Assembly: GCA_963665325.3 (NCBI GenBank)
Contig: CAXXWS020000002.1
Location: forward strand, 416,001-480,000
DNA: 64,000 nt
Direction: 5' to 3'
From: Alphaproteobacteria bacterium
GTDB lineage: Bacteria; Pseudomonadota; Alphaproteobacteria; Bin95
Position 1 is the stretch's first letter, and each line of letters starts with the position of its first letter. Shown here one piece after another: positions 31,942-41,872 of this stretch. Below the pieces are notes generated by a model that worked only from the letters and a program-made list of their open reading frames with translations, made no database searches and was not told the origin of the DNA. The position numbers and the translations under genes are program-made.

Positions 31942-33548
31942 TCGTCGAACGCCGCGAGAGCTGGGAGGCGGTCCGGGCGGCATTCCGCTGGCAGGTGCCG
32001 GCCCGCTACAACATGGCCGAGCATGCCTGCGAGCGGCATGTGGGCAGCACCCGGCCGGCGATGATTTGCCCGGACCCGGCGGGCGGCGAGCCGCGCCTCT
32101 GGTCGTTTCGGGAACTTTCCCGGTTATCCAACCGGCTTGCCAATGCACTCGCCGCCGCCGGCATCGGGCGCGGCGACCGGGTTGCCGTGCTGCTGGGGCA
32201 GGGCGTGGAAACCGGGCTAGCCCATCTCGCCGCCTACAAGCTCGGGGCGGTGGCGCTGCCGCTGTTCACGCTGTTCGGCGAAGAGGCGCTGTCGTACAGG
32301 CTCCGCCATTCCGGCGCGAAGGCGCTGATTACGGATGCGGAAGGCCGCGAAAAAGTGGCCGCGCTCGACCTGCCGGACCTCTCGACGGTGATCGCGGAGG
32401 GCTTCTGGGAGGTGCTGGAGCGCGGCTCGGACCGCTTCGAGATGGCCGATACCGGCCCCGACGACCCGGCTCTGCTGATCTACACCTCCGGCACGACCGG
32501 GCCGCCCAAGGGGGCGCTGCACGGCCACCGGGTGCTGCCGGGGCATCTGCCGGGCGTGGCGCTGCCGCAGGAGTTCTTTCCGCAACCGGGGGACCTGTTC
32601 TGGACGCCGGCGGACTGGGCGTGGGCCGGCGGGCTGCTGGACGTGCTGCTGCCGGCTTGGGCGGCGGGCGTGCCGGTGCTGGCCTCGCGTGCGGGCAAGT
32701 TCGACCCGGAGGAGGCGTTCGCTCTCATCGCGCGCCACGGTGTGCGCAACGCCTTCCTGCCGCCGACTGCGCTAAAGATGATGCGCCAGGCGTCGGACGC
32801 CGCGCAGCGCACGCCCGGCCTTGCCATGCGCAGCATCGGCAGCGGCGGCGAGAGCCTGGGCGAGGAGCTGCTCGGCTGGGGTCGCGATGTGTTCGGCCTC
32901 ACGATCAACGAGTTCTACGGCCAGACGGAATGCAACCTGGTGATCGGCAATTGCGCGAGTCTGTTTCCTGTCCGGCCCGGCTGGCTCGGGCGCGCCATTC
33001 CCGGCCATGAGGTCGCGGTGCTGGACGGCGCCGGCAACCCGCTGCCGCCCGGCGAATCGGGCGAGATCGCCGTGCGTCGCCCGGACCCGGTCATGTTCCT
33101 CGGCTACTGGCAGGACCCCGACGCGACGGCGGCCAAGTTCAACGGCGAGTGGCTGCTGACCGGCGATCTCGGCGTGCAGGACGAGGACGGCGCCTTCCGC
33201 TTCGTCGGGCGCGAGGACGATGTGATTTCCTCTGCCGGCTACCGCATCGGCCCCGGCGAGATCGAGGAATGCCTGATGGGCCATCCGGCGGTCGCCATGG
33301 CCGCGGCCGTCGGCGCTCCGGATCCGGTGCGCGGCGACATCGTGAAGGCATTCGTGGTGCTGCGCGAGGGCGAGGCGCCGACGGAGGCGCTGGAGGTCGT
33401 GCTCCGCTCCCATGTCCGCGAGCGCCTTTCCGCACATGAATATCCCCGCGCGGTCGAGTTCGTGGGCGAGTTGCCGATGACCGCCACCGGCAAGATCCGC
33501 CGCCGCGACCTGCGCCAGCGGGAGCGCGAGAAGGCGGGCCTCTCGTGA
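31938..33548 (+). CDS. Acyl-CoA synthetase/AMP-binding protein
   Basis: YTSGTTGPPKG, FYGQTE, TGD, GREDDV, TATGKI. Confidence 0.93.
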   Translation: MIVERRESWEAVRAAFRWQVPARYNMAEHACERHVGSTRPAMICPDPAGGEPRLWSFRELSRLSNRLANALAAAGIGRGDRVAVLLGQGVETGLAHLAAYKLGAVALPLFTLFGEEALSYRLRHSGAKALITDAEGREKVAALDLPDLSTVIAEGFWEVLERGSDRFEMADTGPDDPALLIYTSGTTGPPKGALHGHRVLPGHLPGVALPQEFFPQPGDLFWTPADWAWAGGLLDVLLPAWAAGVPVLASRAGKFDPEEAFALIARHGVRNAFLPPTALKMMRQASDAAQRTPGLAMRSIGSGGESLGEELLGWGRDVFGLTINEFYGQTECNLVIGNCASLFPVRPGWLGRAIPGHEVAVLDGAGNPLPPGESGEIAVRRPDPVMFLGYWQDPDATAAKFNGEWLLTGDLGVQDEDGAFRFVGREDDVISSAGYRIGPGEIEECLMGHPAVAMAAAVGAPDPVRGDIVKAFVVLREGEAPTEALEVVLRSHVRERLSAHEYPRAVEFVGELPMTATGKIRRRDLRQREREKAGLS

Positions 33549-33598
33549 ATGCCTCCACGGCAGACCGCAACTCGGCCCGCAGGTAGCGTGCCTACCCG

Positions 33599-34834
33599 AT
33601 GAACACGACGGCCCTCATCGTCACGGTCTGCGTCGCCCAGTTCATCGGAATGATGGGCTCCACCACATTCAACGGCCTTCTTCCCGTTCTCCGGGATGAG
33701 TGGGGGATGAGCAACACCCAGGGCGGTTTGATGTCCGGCATCATCTTCGGCGTCTATGCGCTCTCGGTGCTGGTGCTGGTGACGGCGACCGACAGGTTCC
33801 AGGCCCGCCGGATCTACCTGATCGGCGTCTTCGCCAGCACGGTCAGCCATCTGGGCATGGCCTATGTGGCCCATGATTTCGTCACGGGCATGGTGTTCCG
33901 CGCGATTGCCGGCTTCGGCTGGGCGGGGACCTACATGGTCGGGCTCAGGGTGTTGACCGATGAGCTGGAAGGGCGGATGCGGTCGCGCGGCGTGGCCTTT
34001 CACGCGGCCGCGATGGGCACGGGCGGCTCGCTCTCCTTCTTCCTGGCGGGCGAGATCGACCGATGGCTCGGTTGGGAAGCGGCCTTCATGGTCAGCGCGG
34101 CCGGTACGGCAGGCGCTTTTCTGATCGCGCTGGTGCTCTTCCCCCGCCGCGAGCCCACGCCCTCCGGCACGAACCCGTTGGCCGATTTCCGTCATGTGCT
34201 GCGCAACCGCTCGGCGATGGCCTACATCACCTGCTATGGGGTGCACACTTGGGAGATGTTCGCGGTGCGCTCCTGGGCGGTTGCGTTCCTGACTTTCTCG
34301 GCGATGCGCTCCGGCCTCGGGCCGGAATACTGGTTTGCGCCCACCGTGGTCGCCATGCTGATGGAGCTTTTGGGGACCACGAGCAGCCTTGCCGGCAACG
34401 AGCTTGCGATCCGCATCGGCCGCCAGCGCTGGGTATTGCTTGCGATGAGCGTATGCATGGCGCTCGCCTGCGCCACCGGTTTCATCTCCCACTGGGGCTA
34501 CTGGGCGGCGGCAGTACTCTGCATCATCTACAACATGGTGATCTACGCGGACTCGGCGGCCCTCACTGCCGGCACGATCGGCGCCTCGGAGCCCGAACGG
34601 CGCGGCGCCACTCTCGCCGTACACTCGCTGACCGGCTACGGGCTGGGCTTCGTCGGGGCGGTGGTGCTGGGAGGCATCCTCGACGTTATGGGCGGTGAGA
34701 GCGTGCTGGCCTGGGGCGTGGCTTTCGCGCATATAGCTCTGGTGATGGCGCTCGGACCGCTGGCGCTGCTCTTCCTGAAGCCGGCGGACCTTGCGGGCGA
34801 CCGGGCGATCCGTCCCGGGCCGGGGAGGACGTGA
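33599..34834 (+). CDS. MFS transporter
   Basis: ~12 hydrophobic segments; TDRFQARR loop motif. Confidence 0.88.
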   Translation: MNTTALIVTVCVAQFIGMMGSTTFNGLLPVLRDEWGMSNTQGGLMSGIIFGVYALSVLVLVTATDRFQARRIYLIGVFASTVSHLGMAYVAHDFVTGMVFRAIAGFGWAGTYMVGLRVLTDELEGRMRSRGVAFHAAAMGTGGSLSFFLAGEIDRWLGWEAAFMVSAAGTAGAFLIALVLFPRREPTPSGTNPLADFRHVLRNRSAMAYITCYGVHTWEMFAVRSWAVAFLTFSAMRSGLGPEYWFAPTVVAMLMELLGTTSSLAGNELAIRIGRQRWVLLAMSVCMALACATGFISHWGYWAAAVLCIIYNMVIYADSAALTAGTIGASEPERRGATLAVHSLTGYGLGFVGAVVLGGILDVMGGESVLAWGVAFAHIALVMALGPLALLFLKPADLAGDRAIRPGPGRT

Positions 34835-35205
34835 CGGCCATGCACGAAGACGAGGTGCTTGCCGCGAACGAGGCTTTCTACCGCGCCTTCGACGACGGCG
34901 ACCGGGATGCGATGCGCAGGCTCTGGGCCGAGCGCGCCCCCGTCGTTTGCGCCCATCCGGGCGGCGCGGCGATCATCGGGCGCGAAGCCGTGCTCGCAAG
35001 CTGGGACGCGATCCTGGGCGCGTCCACACGGCCGGCCATAGTCTGCCTGTCGCCGAACGCGCTGTGCTATGACGGTTTCGCTCTGGTAAGCTGCGTGGAG
35101 CGGCTGGCCGGCGGCGTTCTGGTGGCGACCAACGGGTTCGTGCTGGAGGACGGCGTCTGGCGAATGGCGCTTCACCAGGCCGGCCCGGCGCCCGGAGGCC
35201 GCTGA
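34831..35205 (+). CDS. SnoaL/NTF2-like protein
   Basis: ANEAFYRAF...CAHPG...ATNGF...WRMALHQA. Confidence 0.82.
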   Translation: MTAMHEDEVLAANEAFYRAFDDGDRDAMRRLWAERAPVVCAHPGGAAIIGREAVLASWDAILGASTRPAIVCLSPNALCYDGFALVSCVERLAGGVLVATNGFVLEDGVWRMALHQAGPAPGGR

Positions 35206-35244
35206 GGCGGCCGTTCCGTTTCCGCGTGGAGGAGAACGCGCACC

Positions 35245-36072
35245 ATGCCGACTGCCCATGTCAACGGCACCGATATATTCTACTCGATCCAGGGGCCGCA
35301 AACCCGGCCGGTCGTGACCCTGTCCCATTCGCTGATGGCGAACCACCGCATGTGGGATGCGCAGATGCCGGCGCTTCGGGACTATTGCGTGCTGCGCTAC
35401 GACACGCGCGGCCACGGCGCCTCGGCGGCCCCGGAAGGCCCCTATTCGCTGGATATGCTGGCCGACGACGCGATTGCCCTGCTCACTGAACTCGGCATCG
35501 AGAAGACGGTGTTCTGCGGGCTCTCAATGGGCGGCATGACCGCCCAGACCTTCGCGCTCAAGCGCCCGGACCTGCTGCGCGGCCTGATCCTCTGCGACAC
35601 CTCCAGCCGCTACGACGCCGAGGCGCGCGAGCAATGGAAGGAGCGCATTGCAGCGGCGGAGGAAAACGGCATCGAGTCCCTCGTCGAAGGCACTATCGAC
35701 CGCTGGTTCTCGCCGGATTTCTGCGAGCATCACGGACAGGAAGTGGATGCCGTCCGCTCCATGATCCGGTCCACGCCGCTCGCCGGTTACAAGGGCTGCG
35801 CGGCGGCCATTTCCAAGCTCGACCTCACCGACCGCCTGCACGAAATTCATGTGCCGACGCTCGCCATCGTCGGCGAGAACGACCCCGGCACGCCGGTGTC
35901 CGCGCATGAGGTGATCGCGAACAAGATCCCTTCGGCGGACCTGCTCGTGCTGCCGCGCGCGCGCCATCTCTCGAATATCGAGGACTCGCTCGGCTTCAAC
36001 ACCGCGCTGCGCGCCTTCCTGATGGAGCACTCAGGCGCCCGCAGCAAGGCGGGGGAGATGTACGGGTTCTGA
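35245..36072 (+). CDS. pcaD: 3-oxoadipate enol-lactonase
   Basis: LSHSL, MWDAQ, YDTRGHG, GLSMGG, HLSNIE. Confidence 0.85.
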   Translation: MPTAHVNGTDIFYSIQGPQTRPVVTLSHSLMANHRMWDAQMPALRDYCVLRYDTRGHGASAAPEGPYSLDMLADDAIALLTELGIEKTVFCGLSMGGMTAQTFALKRPDLLRGLILCDTSSRYDAEAREQWKERIAAAEENGIESLVEGTIDRWFSPDFCEHHGQEVDAVRSMIRSTPLAGYKGCAAAISKLDLTDRLHEIHVPTLAIVGENDPGTPVSAHEVIANKIPSADLLVLPRARHLSNIEDSLGFNTALRAFLMEHSGARSKAGEMYGF

Positions 36073-36322
36073 CCCGCATTTCTCACCAGGGTCATGGTCT
36101 GCGCGGTGCTGTCGGCCCGACAGCACCGCCCTTCGGGTCGCGCCCAGGCGTCCGCCCGCGGCGGCGTAAACGCCGCCATCCAAACAAACTGCCGCGTTGC
36201 GCGCGGCGTCGCGGGCCTCAACCGTAGGCTGTGCTACGCTTTTCGGCCCGCTCCTTGCGGAGCGAACGCCTGAACAGCGACGCAGGCCGTGACCTTGGTG
36301 AGAAATGCGGGCTAACCCGAAA

Positions 36323-36351
36323 GGGGCCGCATCCTTGCCGGGTGCGGCCCC
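36323..36351 (-). terminator. Intrinsic terminator downstream of metY
   Basis: GGGGCCGCATCC/GGGTGCGGCCCC stem followed by TTT on the minus strand. Confidence 0.55.
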
Positions 36352-36374
36352 AATCGGTTCCAGCCGTTACGGCC

Positions 36375-37673
36375 TCAGTCCGCGGCGGCGAGCGCCCGGT
36401 CGAGGTCGGCGATGATGTCGTCGATATGCTCCAGGCCGATGGAGAGGCGCACATATCCGGGCGTGACCCCGGTTGCCGCCTGCTCTTCCTCCGAGAGCTG
36501 CGAGTGGGTGGTGGACGCCGGATGGATGGCGAGGCTGCGCGCGTCGCCGATATTGGCGACATGGAACAGCAGTTCCAGCGCGTCGATAAACGCCCGCCCG
36601 GCCTCCTTGCCGCCCTTGAGCTCGAAGCCCACCAGCGCGCCGTAGCCACCGTCCAGATAGGCGTCGGCCCGGCGTCTCTCCTCCCCGTCCATCAGGCCCG
36701 GATAGATCGTCTTCGCGACCTTGGCGTGGCCGTTCAGGTAGTCGGCTACCGCGGCGGCGTTGCTGTTATGCCGTTCCATGCGCAACGGCAGCGTCTCCAG
36801 CCCTTGCAGCGCCAGGAAGGCGTTCATCGGCGTGGTCGCCGCGCCGAGGTCGCGCAGGAGGGTGGTCCGGGCCTTGATGATGTAGGCAATGGGCCCGAGC
36901 GGCTTGACCGCCTGGGTCCACACGGCGCCGTGATAGCTCGGGTCCGGCTCGTTGAGGTATGGCTGGCGCTCCGGGAATGCCTCCCAGTCGAAATTGCCGC
37001 CGTCGATCAACATGCCACCGATGGAGGTGCCGTGCCCGCCTATATATTTGGTCGTGGAATACATGACGACGGCCGCCCCGTGGTCGAAGGGCCGGCAAAG
37101 CAGCGGCGCGGCGGTGTTGTCCATGATGAGCGGAATGCCGTATTCGCGCCCGATGTCGGCGACCTCCCGGATCGGGAAGACATGGAGCTTCGGGTTCGGC
37201 AGCGTCTCCGCGTAGAAGGCGCGCGTCCTGTCGTCGATGGCGCGGCGGAAGTTCTCGGGGTCCGCCGGATCGACGAAGCGCACTTCGATGCCCTGGTCCT
37301 TCAGCGTATTGGCGAACAGGTTCCAGGTGCCTCCGTAGAGGTCGGTCGCGCTCACCACATTGTCGCCGGCATGGGCGACGTTCTGGAGGGAGAATGCCGT
37401 CGCCGCCTGGCCCGATGCCAGCGCCAGAGCCGCGACCCCGCCTTCCAGCGCCGCCATTCGATCCTCCAACACGGCGTGGGTCGGATTCATGATCCGCGTG
37501 TAGATATTGCCGAGCTCGCTCAGCGCGAACAGGTTCGCGGCGTGCTCGGTATCCCGGAACTGGTAGGACGTGGTCTGGTGGATCGGGACGGCGACCGAAC
37601 CGGTGTTGGGGTCGCCTCGGTGGCCCGCATGGAGCACGATCGTCTCGGGACGCGGGCTGCGGTTGCTTGACAC
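36375..37673 (-). CDS. metY: O-acetylhomoserine aminocarboxypropyltransferase
   Basis: GNIYTRIMNPT, STTKYIGGHG, NIGDARSLAIHPASTTHSQL; GTG after AGGAG. Confidence 0.92.
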   Translation of the reverse strand: MSSNRSPRPETIVLHAGHRGDPNTGSVAVPIHQTTSYQFRDTEHAANLFALSELGNIYTRIMNPTHAVLEDRMAALEGGVAALALASGQAATAFSLQNVAHAGDNVVSATDLYGGTWNLFANTLKDQGIEVRFVDPADPENFRRAIDDRTRAFYAETLPNPKLHVFPIREVADIGREYGIPLIMDNTAAPLLCRPFDHGAAVVMYSTTKYIGGHGTSIGGMLIDGGNFDWEAFPERQPYLNEPDPSYHGAVWTQAVKPLGPIAYIIKARTTLLRDLGAATTPMNAFLALQGLETLPLRMERHNSNAAAVADYLNGHAKVAKTIYPGLMDGEERRRADAYLDGGYGALVGFELKGGKEAGRAFIDALELLFHVANIGDARSLAIHPASTTHSQLSEEEQAATGVTPGYVRLSIGLEHIDDIIADLDRALAAAD

Positions 37674-37762
37674 TGGCAGAGAACTCCTCTCTTGCGTGAG
37701 TGGGCGCGGGAACATAAGCGAACGGCTGGGAAAATCAATTCGGGCGGGAGGCCGAACCCAAG

Positions 37763-38122
37763 ATGCAGGTCCTGATTTTGCCGGGCGACGGCATCGGCCC
37801 CGAGATTGCGGGCGCGGCAAGGCGCGGGCTGGAGGCGCTGGACGCCCGGTTCGCGCTCGGGTTGCAGCTCTCGGAAGGCCGCGTTGGCCTCGCGGCGCTC
37901 GAGCGGGACGGCACGACCTGGCCGGATGCCGCAGAAGCAGCGGTGCGCGCGGCGGACCTGACGATCCTGGGTCCGGTCGATACCGCCGCCTATCCTTCGC
38001 CGGAGGAGGGCGGTGTCAATCCGAGCGCCGCCGTCCGCACGCGGCTTGAGCTCTATGCCAACATGCGCCCGAGCCGGGCGCTCAAGGGCGTGCCGGCGCT
38101 GGCGCCCGGCATGGACGTGCTG
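37763..38122 (+). pseudogene. 5' ~120 codons of an isocitrate/isopropylmalate dehydrogenase family gene, truncated
   Basis: ILPGDGIGPEI...LYANMRP...MDVL, then unrelated sequence where VRENTEG is expected. Confidence 0.85.
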
Positions 38123-38214
38123 GGTACCCGACCGACGCATTCGGAAGATTCGTCAACGAAGCACGTTCGAGGGAGACGGTATTCGCCCGTCATGACGAGG
38201 TCAAGGGGACATCG

Positions 38215-38382
38215 CAGAAAAAGAGAAGGCCGCCGGTTAGAGCCCAGCGGCCTTCCTGAATGCGGTTTCGCCCTTGCTTCGTTGCCAACCACCCAGTGCA
38301 GCAGCAGCAGCAGCAGCAAATCTCAGGCCAATTACCGTCAATCGCGTGACCGGATAATTGGCCGCTGCCGCAGCTTTGTCAA
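38215..38382 (-). promoter_or_regulatory. Attenuator-like leader: TTGACA promoter, 7 triplet repeats, intrinsic terminator
   Basis: TTGACA (38377-82)-N17-AATTAT; (GCA)7 at 38298-38318; stem GAAGGCCGC/GCGGCCTTC at 38225-38255 followed by a T-tract on the minus strand. Confidence 0.55.
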
Positions 38383-38948
38383 GCGCTGGGTCGGTGGAGC
38401 GGCGCATTTTTCCGCCGCTGCCGGGTTCTCCGTAACTCGATGGAAACACGAGGGTTTTCCAACGCCGGTCTGAACGCCTGCGGATCGGTTCCGAAGAGGC
38501 CTTCCCCGAACCCGTCCGGGAAGCGCAAGCGCCGTCCTCGCACTGGCCGGGCCCGGGACGCGGTCGGTAATCATGCGGGCTTTCCCAAGGGCATGCGCCC
38601 CAGGGAGGCCGTCCACCGCGTGAAAAACGAGGTCACGGCAGCCGGCACCGGACGGTGCCGGAACCGCGAGGGCGCGGTCGGGCTGCCCGCCTTCAGGCTC
38701 TTCCCTGTCCACGAATCGGACTGCCTTGCCGGCAGCCGTGCCTTGGTCCGGAGCTCCACGAGCAAGACGGACGGGAGGTTCGGACGGAGTGTCCGGAAGG
38801 TCCGGAAACGCGAAAATGTGCTGCGGCGGATTAGCGCAGCTTTGCCCAATGACTCTCCGGACTGCGCCCGCACAAGAAGGAAGGGCGCCATCGGCCTCGA
38901 CGGGCTGGACGTGTCCGGCGGCAGTCCCGCTGACGAGGGGGCCGCGCG

Positions 38949-40913
38949 ATGACGGAAGCGGCCATGGACGCGATCCCCGAAGCGGTTCGCCAGGCGCTCG
39001 AGGCGACGAGCAGGCGTTACGGCCGGTATTGCCGGCGATCTCGCGAAGCGGCCGAAGATGCGCTGGAGATCGGCCGCGCGCTGCTCTGGATCAAAGAGCA
39101 GATCCGCCACGGGCTCTGGATGCTGGCGCTAACGGCCATGAAGATTTCCTATGACGCCGCCTCACGCCACATGCGTCTCGTGCGGCGCGGCGCCACTGTC
39201 GAAATGATCCAGGAGCATGGCGTCACCGGCGCGCTGATGCTGCTGTCGCAGCCGCGAGCGCCGGCTCCCGAAAAGGCGGCAGGCGACGCCGCGACGGAAG
39301 ACGCTGAATTTTGCAGTTCTGCAAAATTTGAACCGCCGCCGACGGCGCCCGAATCTGGTGAAGCGCCCGCCCCGCCGGACGAATTCGAGGAACCCGTTCC
39401 GGAGGGCGGGGACGCTGGCGAAGGCGATGCCGGCGCCATCGAGGCGGCCTGGCAGACGGTGCGCGAGCGCCTTCGAAGCGAGTTTGCTGATGGCGAGTTC
39501 AAGGACTGGATCGAGCACTGCCGTATCGAGAGGTGCGAGACCGGGGCGGCCGTCATCGCGCCCACTCGCTTGATCGGTGACCGGGTCCGCAAGGAATACG
39601 GCGATCGCATCCGGGACATGTGGAGGCAGCAACTCCCCGATGTGGAGTTGGATTACGGTGTAGCTCCGGAGCGCGGCACGGCACAGGGCAGGCTGGCGAC
39701 GGAACCGGAGCCGGAGGACGACCCGGACGACACACCGCTGTGGCCTTGGCCGCTCGACATGAAGCATTCGGGCGACCGCATGATCAGCTGTCTCATCGCG
39801 CAGGAGATCAAGCTGCCGCAGGCCCGGGAACCGCTCGCCATCCTGGCCTACTGGAACTTCTTTGACCGGGACGGAAAGCAGCGGCCGGCGTCGATACACA
39901 ATGATCGCCTCGCCAAGCTTTTGAACGTCGATGTGCGTACGGTCCAGGGCTGGCTGGACGATTGCCGACGAGCCGGATGGCTACACTCGGTGCCGCAGCG
40001 CGGCACTCTGCCGGATCTGCAATATGTCTGGCCGAACACACCGCCGGAAATACGCCAGCGAAACATGCCGCTTCCCAGAACCTTTGACCGGACGCACCGG
40101 GCGAGCGCCCTGGAGGCTGCCGAATCCGCTGCGGCCAGGCCAGATGGTGAACCCGGCTTCACGCTGGGGGTGAACCTGGCTTCGTCGCGGGGTGAACCCG
40201 GCTTCACCCCGGGGGTGACGCAGGACTCACCCTTAAACGGGAAAGAAACTGGAATTAAAACGGGAAGGAGGGGGACGCGCGCAGGGCGCGAGACCCCGCA
40301 ACCAGATTCCCCCCACCCCCCTGAGGCAATCCGGGCTTTCGGGATCTGGAACGAGGTCGCTGCCGCAACCGGAATGCGGCCGGCAGTCGAACTCGACGCG
40401 GAGCGCGCGGCGAAGCTGGAGGCGCGCGTCCGGGACGCCGGCGGCATGGACGAGTTTCGCGCGGTCTGCGAGCGCGCCGGCAGAAGCAAGGCGCTCACCG
40501 GCAGGAAGCCGGGAAGCTGGCCGGCGGACCTGGATCAGTTTCTGGAGCCGAGGTTCTTCCGCAGGGTCCGCGAGGGCGGTTGGGACGATGCGCCCGGCGA
40601 GTTGGAGCAGGTCACTCAGGCGCTCCGGGATGCTGACCCGGAGGAGCTGCGCGCCGAGGTGCTCATGTCGCCGCTGGCCGATGACGCGCCCGGTTTCGTC
40701 GCGGCGCTTTGCGAGCGGATCGGCGTCGGCTGGGTCCGATCCTGGCTGAAGGACTGCCGGCTCGAATGGCGCGGCGACAGTGACGCCGGGCTGCTATTCG
40801 CCAGCGGCTTCGCGGCAGACCGCGTCGACAGGGACTACGGCGACGCGATCCGCGACCTTTGGCGGGAACTGCACGGCGGCGAGCTTGTCCTGGAAACGAG
40901 GCGGGCGGCGTGA
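38949..40913 (+). CDS. Putative replication initiator: DUF3102-like N-terminus, DnaA_N-like domain, wHTH, second DnaA_N-like domain
   Basis: ALEIGRALLWIKE; WQTVRERLRSEFADGEFKDWI; LAKLLNVDVRTVQGWL; VRSWLKDC...SGFAADRVDRDYGDAIRDLW; internal iterons. Confidence 0.65.
   Translation: MTEAAMDAIPEAVRQALEATSRRYGRYCRRSREAAEDALEIGRALLWIKEQIRHGLWMLALTAMKISYDAASRHMRLVRRGATVEMIQEHGVTGALMLLSQPRAPAPEKAAGDAATEDAEFCSSAKFEPPPTAPESGEAPAPPDEFEEPVPEGGDAGEGDAGAIEAAWQTVRERLRSEFADGEFKDWIEHCRIERCETGAAVIAPTRLIGDRVRKEYGDRIRDMWRQQLPDVELDYGVAPERGTAQGRLATEPEPEDDPDDTPLWPWPLDMKHSGDRMISCLIAQEIKLPQAREPLAILAYWNFFDRDGKQRPASIHNDRLAKLLNVDVRTVQGWLDDCRRAGWLHSVPQRGTLPDLQYVWPNTPPEIRQRNMPLPRTFDRTHRASALEAAESAAARPDGEPGFTLGVNLASSRGEPGFTPGVTQDSPLNGKETGIKTGRRGTRAGRETPQPDSPHPPEAIRAFGIWNEVAAATGMRPAVELDAERAAKLEARVRDAGGMDEFRAVCERAGRSKALTGRKPGSWPADLDQFLEPRFFRRVREGGWDDAPGELEQVTQALRDADPEELRAEVLMSPLADDAPGFVAALCERIGVGWVRSWLKDCRLEWRGDSDAGLLFASGFAADRVDRDYGDAIRDLWRELHGGELVLETRRAA
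40146..40265. repeat. Four palindromic iterons (GGTGAA-N5-TTCAC) plus A-rich tract; probable origin inside the rep gene
   Basis: Copies at 40146, 40169, 40191, 40214 (22-23 bp period), then ttaaacgggaaagaaactggaattaaaa. Confidence 0.7.
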
Positions 40914-40939
40914 GGCAAGAACAGCCGGAGGAGGAAACG

Positions 40940-41311
40940 ATGGAGCGCAGACGGTTGCCATACACAGAGATGCGCGAGGACGTCGATGGCAATTTGCTCT
41001 CGGCAGCCGGATACATCCAGGCCCCCCGCCACCTTACCGTGATACGGCTGAATTCATCGGACGAGATCGAGAGCTTCCGCAAGAACCCGGAGGGCTTTTT
41101 CGCCGAGAGGCACGGCGCGACTGTCGAGCAATATCGCGACTGGATCGACACGGACGGGCGGCCCCGCTGCGCAGGGCGCACGGCGAAAGGCCGTCATTGC
41201 CGCAAACTCGTACCCGGGGCCCGCTTCTGGCCTTTCGATGCCTGGCTCCGCGCGCACCGGCGCAAGTTCTGCGCCGTTCATCGCGGTCCGCTGGACAGGG
41301 CTGACAGATGA
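40940..41311 (+). CDS. Hypothetical protein with C3H-type motif
   Basis: CAGRTAKGRHC...FCAVH; GGAGGAGG RBS. Confidence 0.6.
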   Translation: MERRRLPYTEMREDVDGNLLSAAGYIQAPRHLTVIRLNSSDEIESFRKNPEGFFAERHGATVEQYRDWIDTDGRPRCAGRTAKGRHCRKLVPGARFWPFDAWLRAHRRKFCAVHRGPLDRADR

Positions 41312-41484
41312 CCATCCGCGAGATCGACGTGCATGTCGGCGCGCCCGGCATCCATCGCTGGCACCGCCTCCGGCTGGACCTGCCCGACGATGCGGACCGC
41401 GAAGCGGTGATGAAGGCCGTCGCCGAGGAGTTCGCGCGCCGCGAGGCCGATTTCTATGCCCGACAGGGGAGGTTGCCGCTATGA
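41308..41484 (+). CDS. Small hypothetical protein (58 aa)
   Basis: ATGA overlaps at both ends; GC3-rich codons; manual translation MTIREIDVHVG... Confidence 0.55.
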   Translation: MTIREIDVHVGAPGIHRWHRLRLDLPDDADREAVMKAVAEEFARREADFYARQGRLPL

Positions 41485-41774
41485 CCCGCGAATCGCTCTT
41501 TCGCAAGAGGCCCCGGAACGCCGCACCGGCAAGCGAGCTGGAGCGCCGGCTGGCCGACTTTCCCGCACTCGTCGAACCGTTCGCCTGCGACCGCCTGGTG
41601 ATGAGAGTGACGAGACCGCGTTCCGACTTCCCCTTCACGATCGGGATATTTCACCGCGATCCCGACCCGTTCGACTACCGCATCGCCGCCAGGACGGCGT
41701 CGGACGCCGCGGCGATCGTCGCCCGCATGCGCGCGCTCGGGCGCGGCGCATGGATCGCGGAGGTGAACGCATGA
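41481..41774 (+). CDS. Hypothetical protein
   Basis: ATGA-coupled, GGGAGG RBS. Confidence 0.55.
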   Translation: MTRESLFRKRPRNAAPASELERRLADFPALVEPFACDRLVMRVTRPRSDFPFTIGIFHRDPDPFDYRIAARTASDAAAIVARMRALGRGAWIAEVNA

Positions 41775-41872
41775 GCAGGCCGCCGCGCAGGCAAGCACCG
41801 CCGTCTCCGGCAGCAGAACCGACTTCAGCAAATAAATGCAATTTGGGGCCGTCACCTACAGGGAGCACTCCC

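Noticed and set aside
38123-38473. C-terminal half of the 236-aa dehydrogenase ORF (poly-Ser)
   Set aside because: It is read-through into unrelated sequence past the breakpoint.
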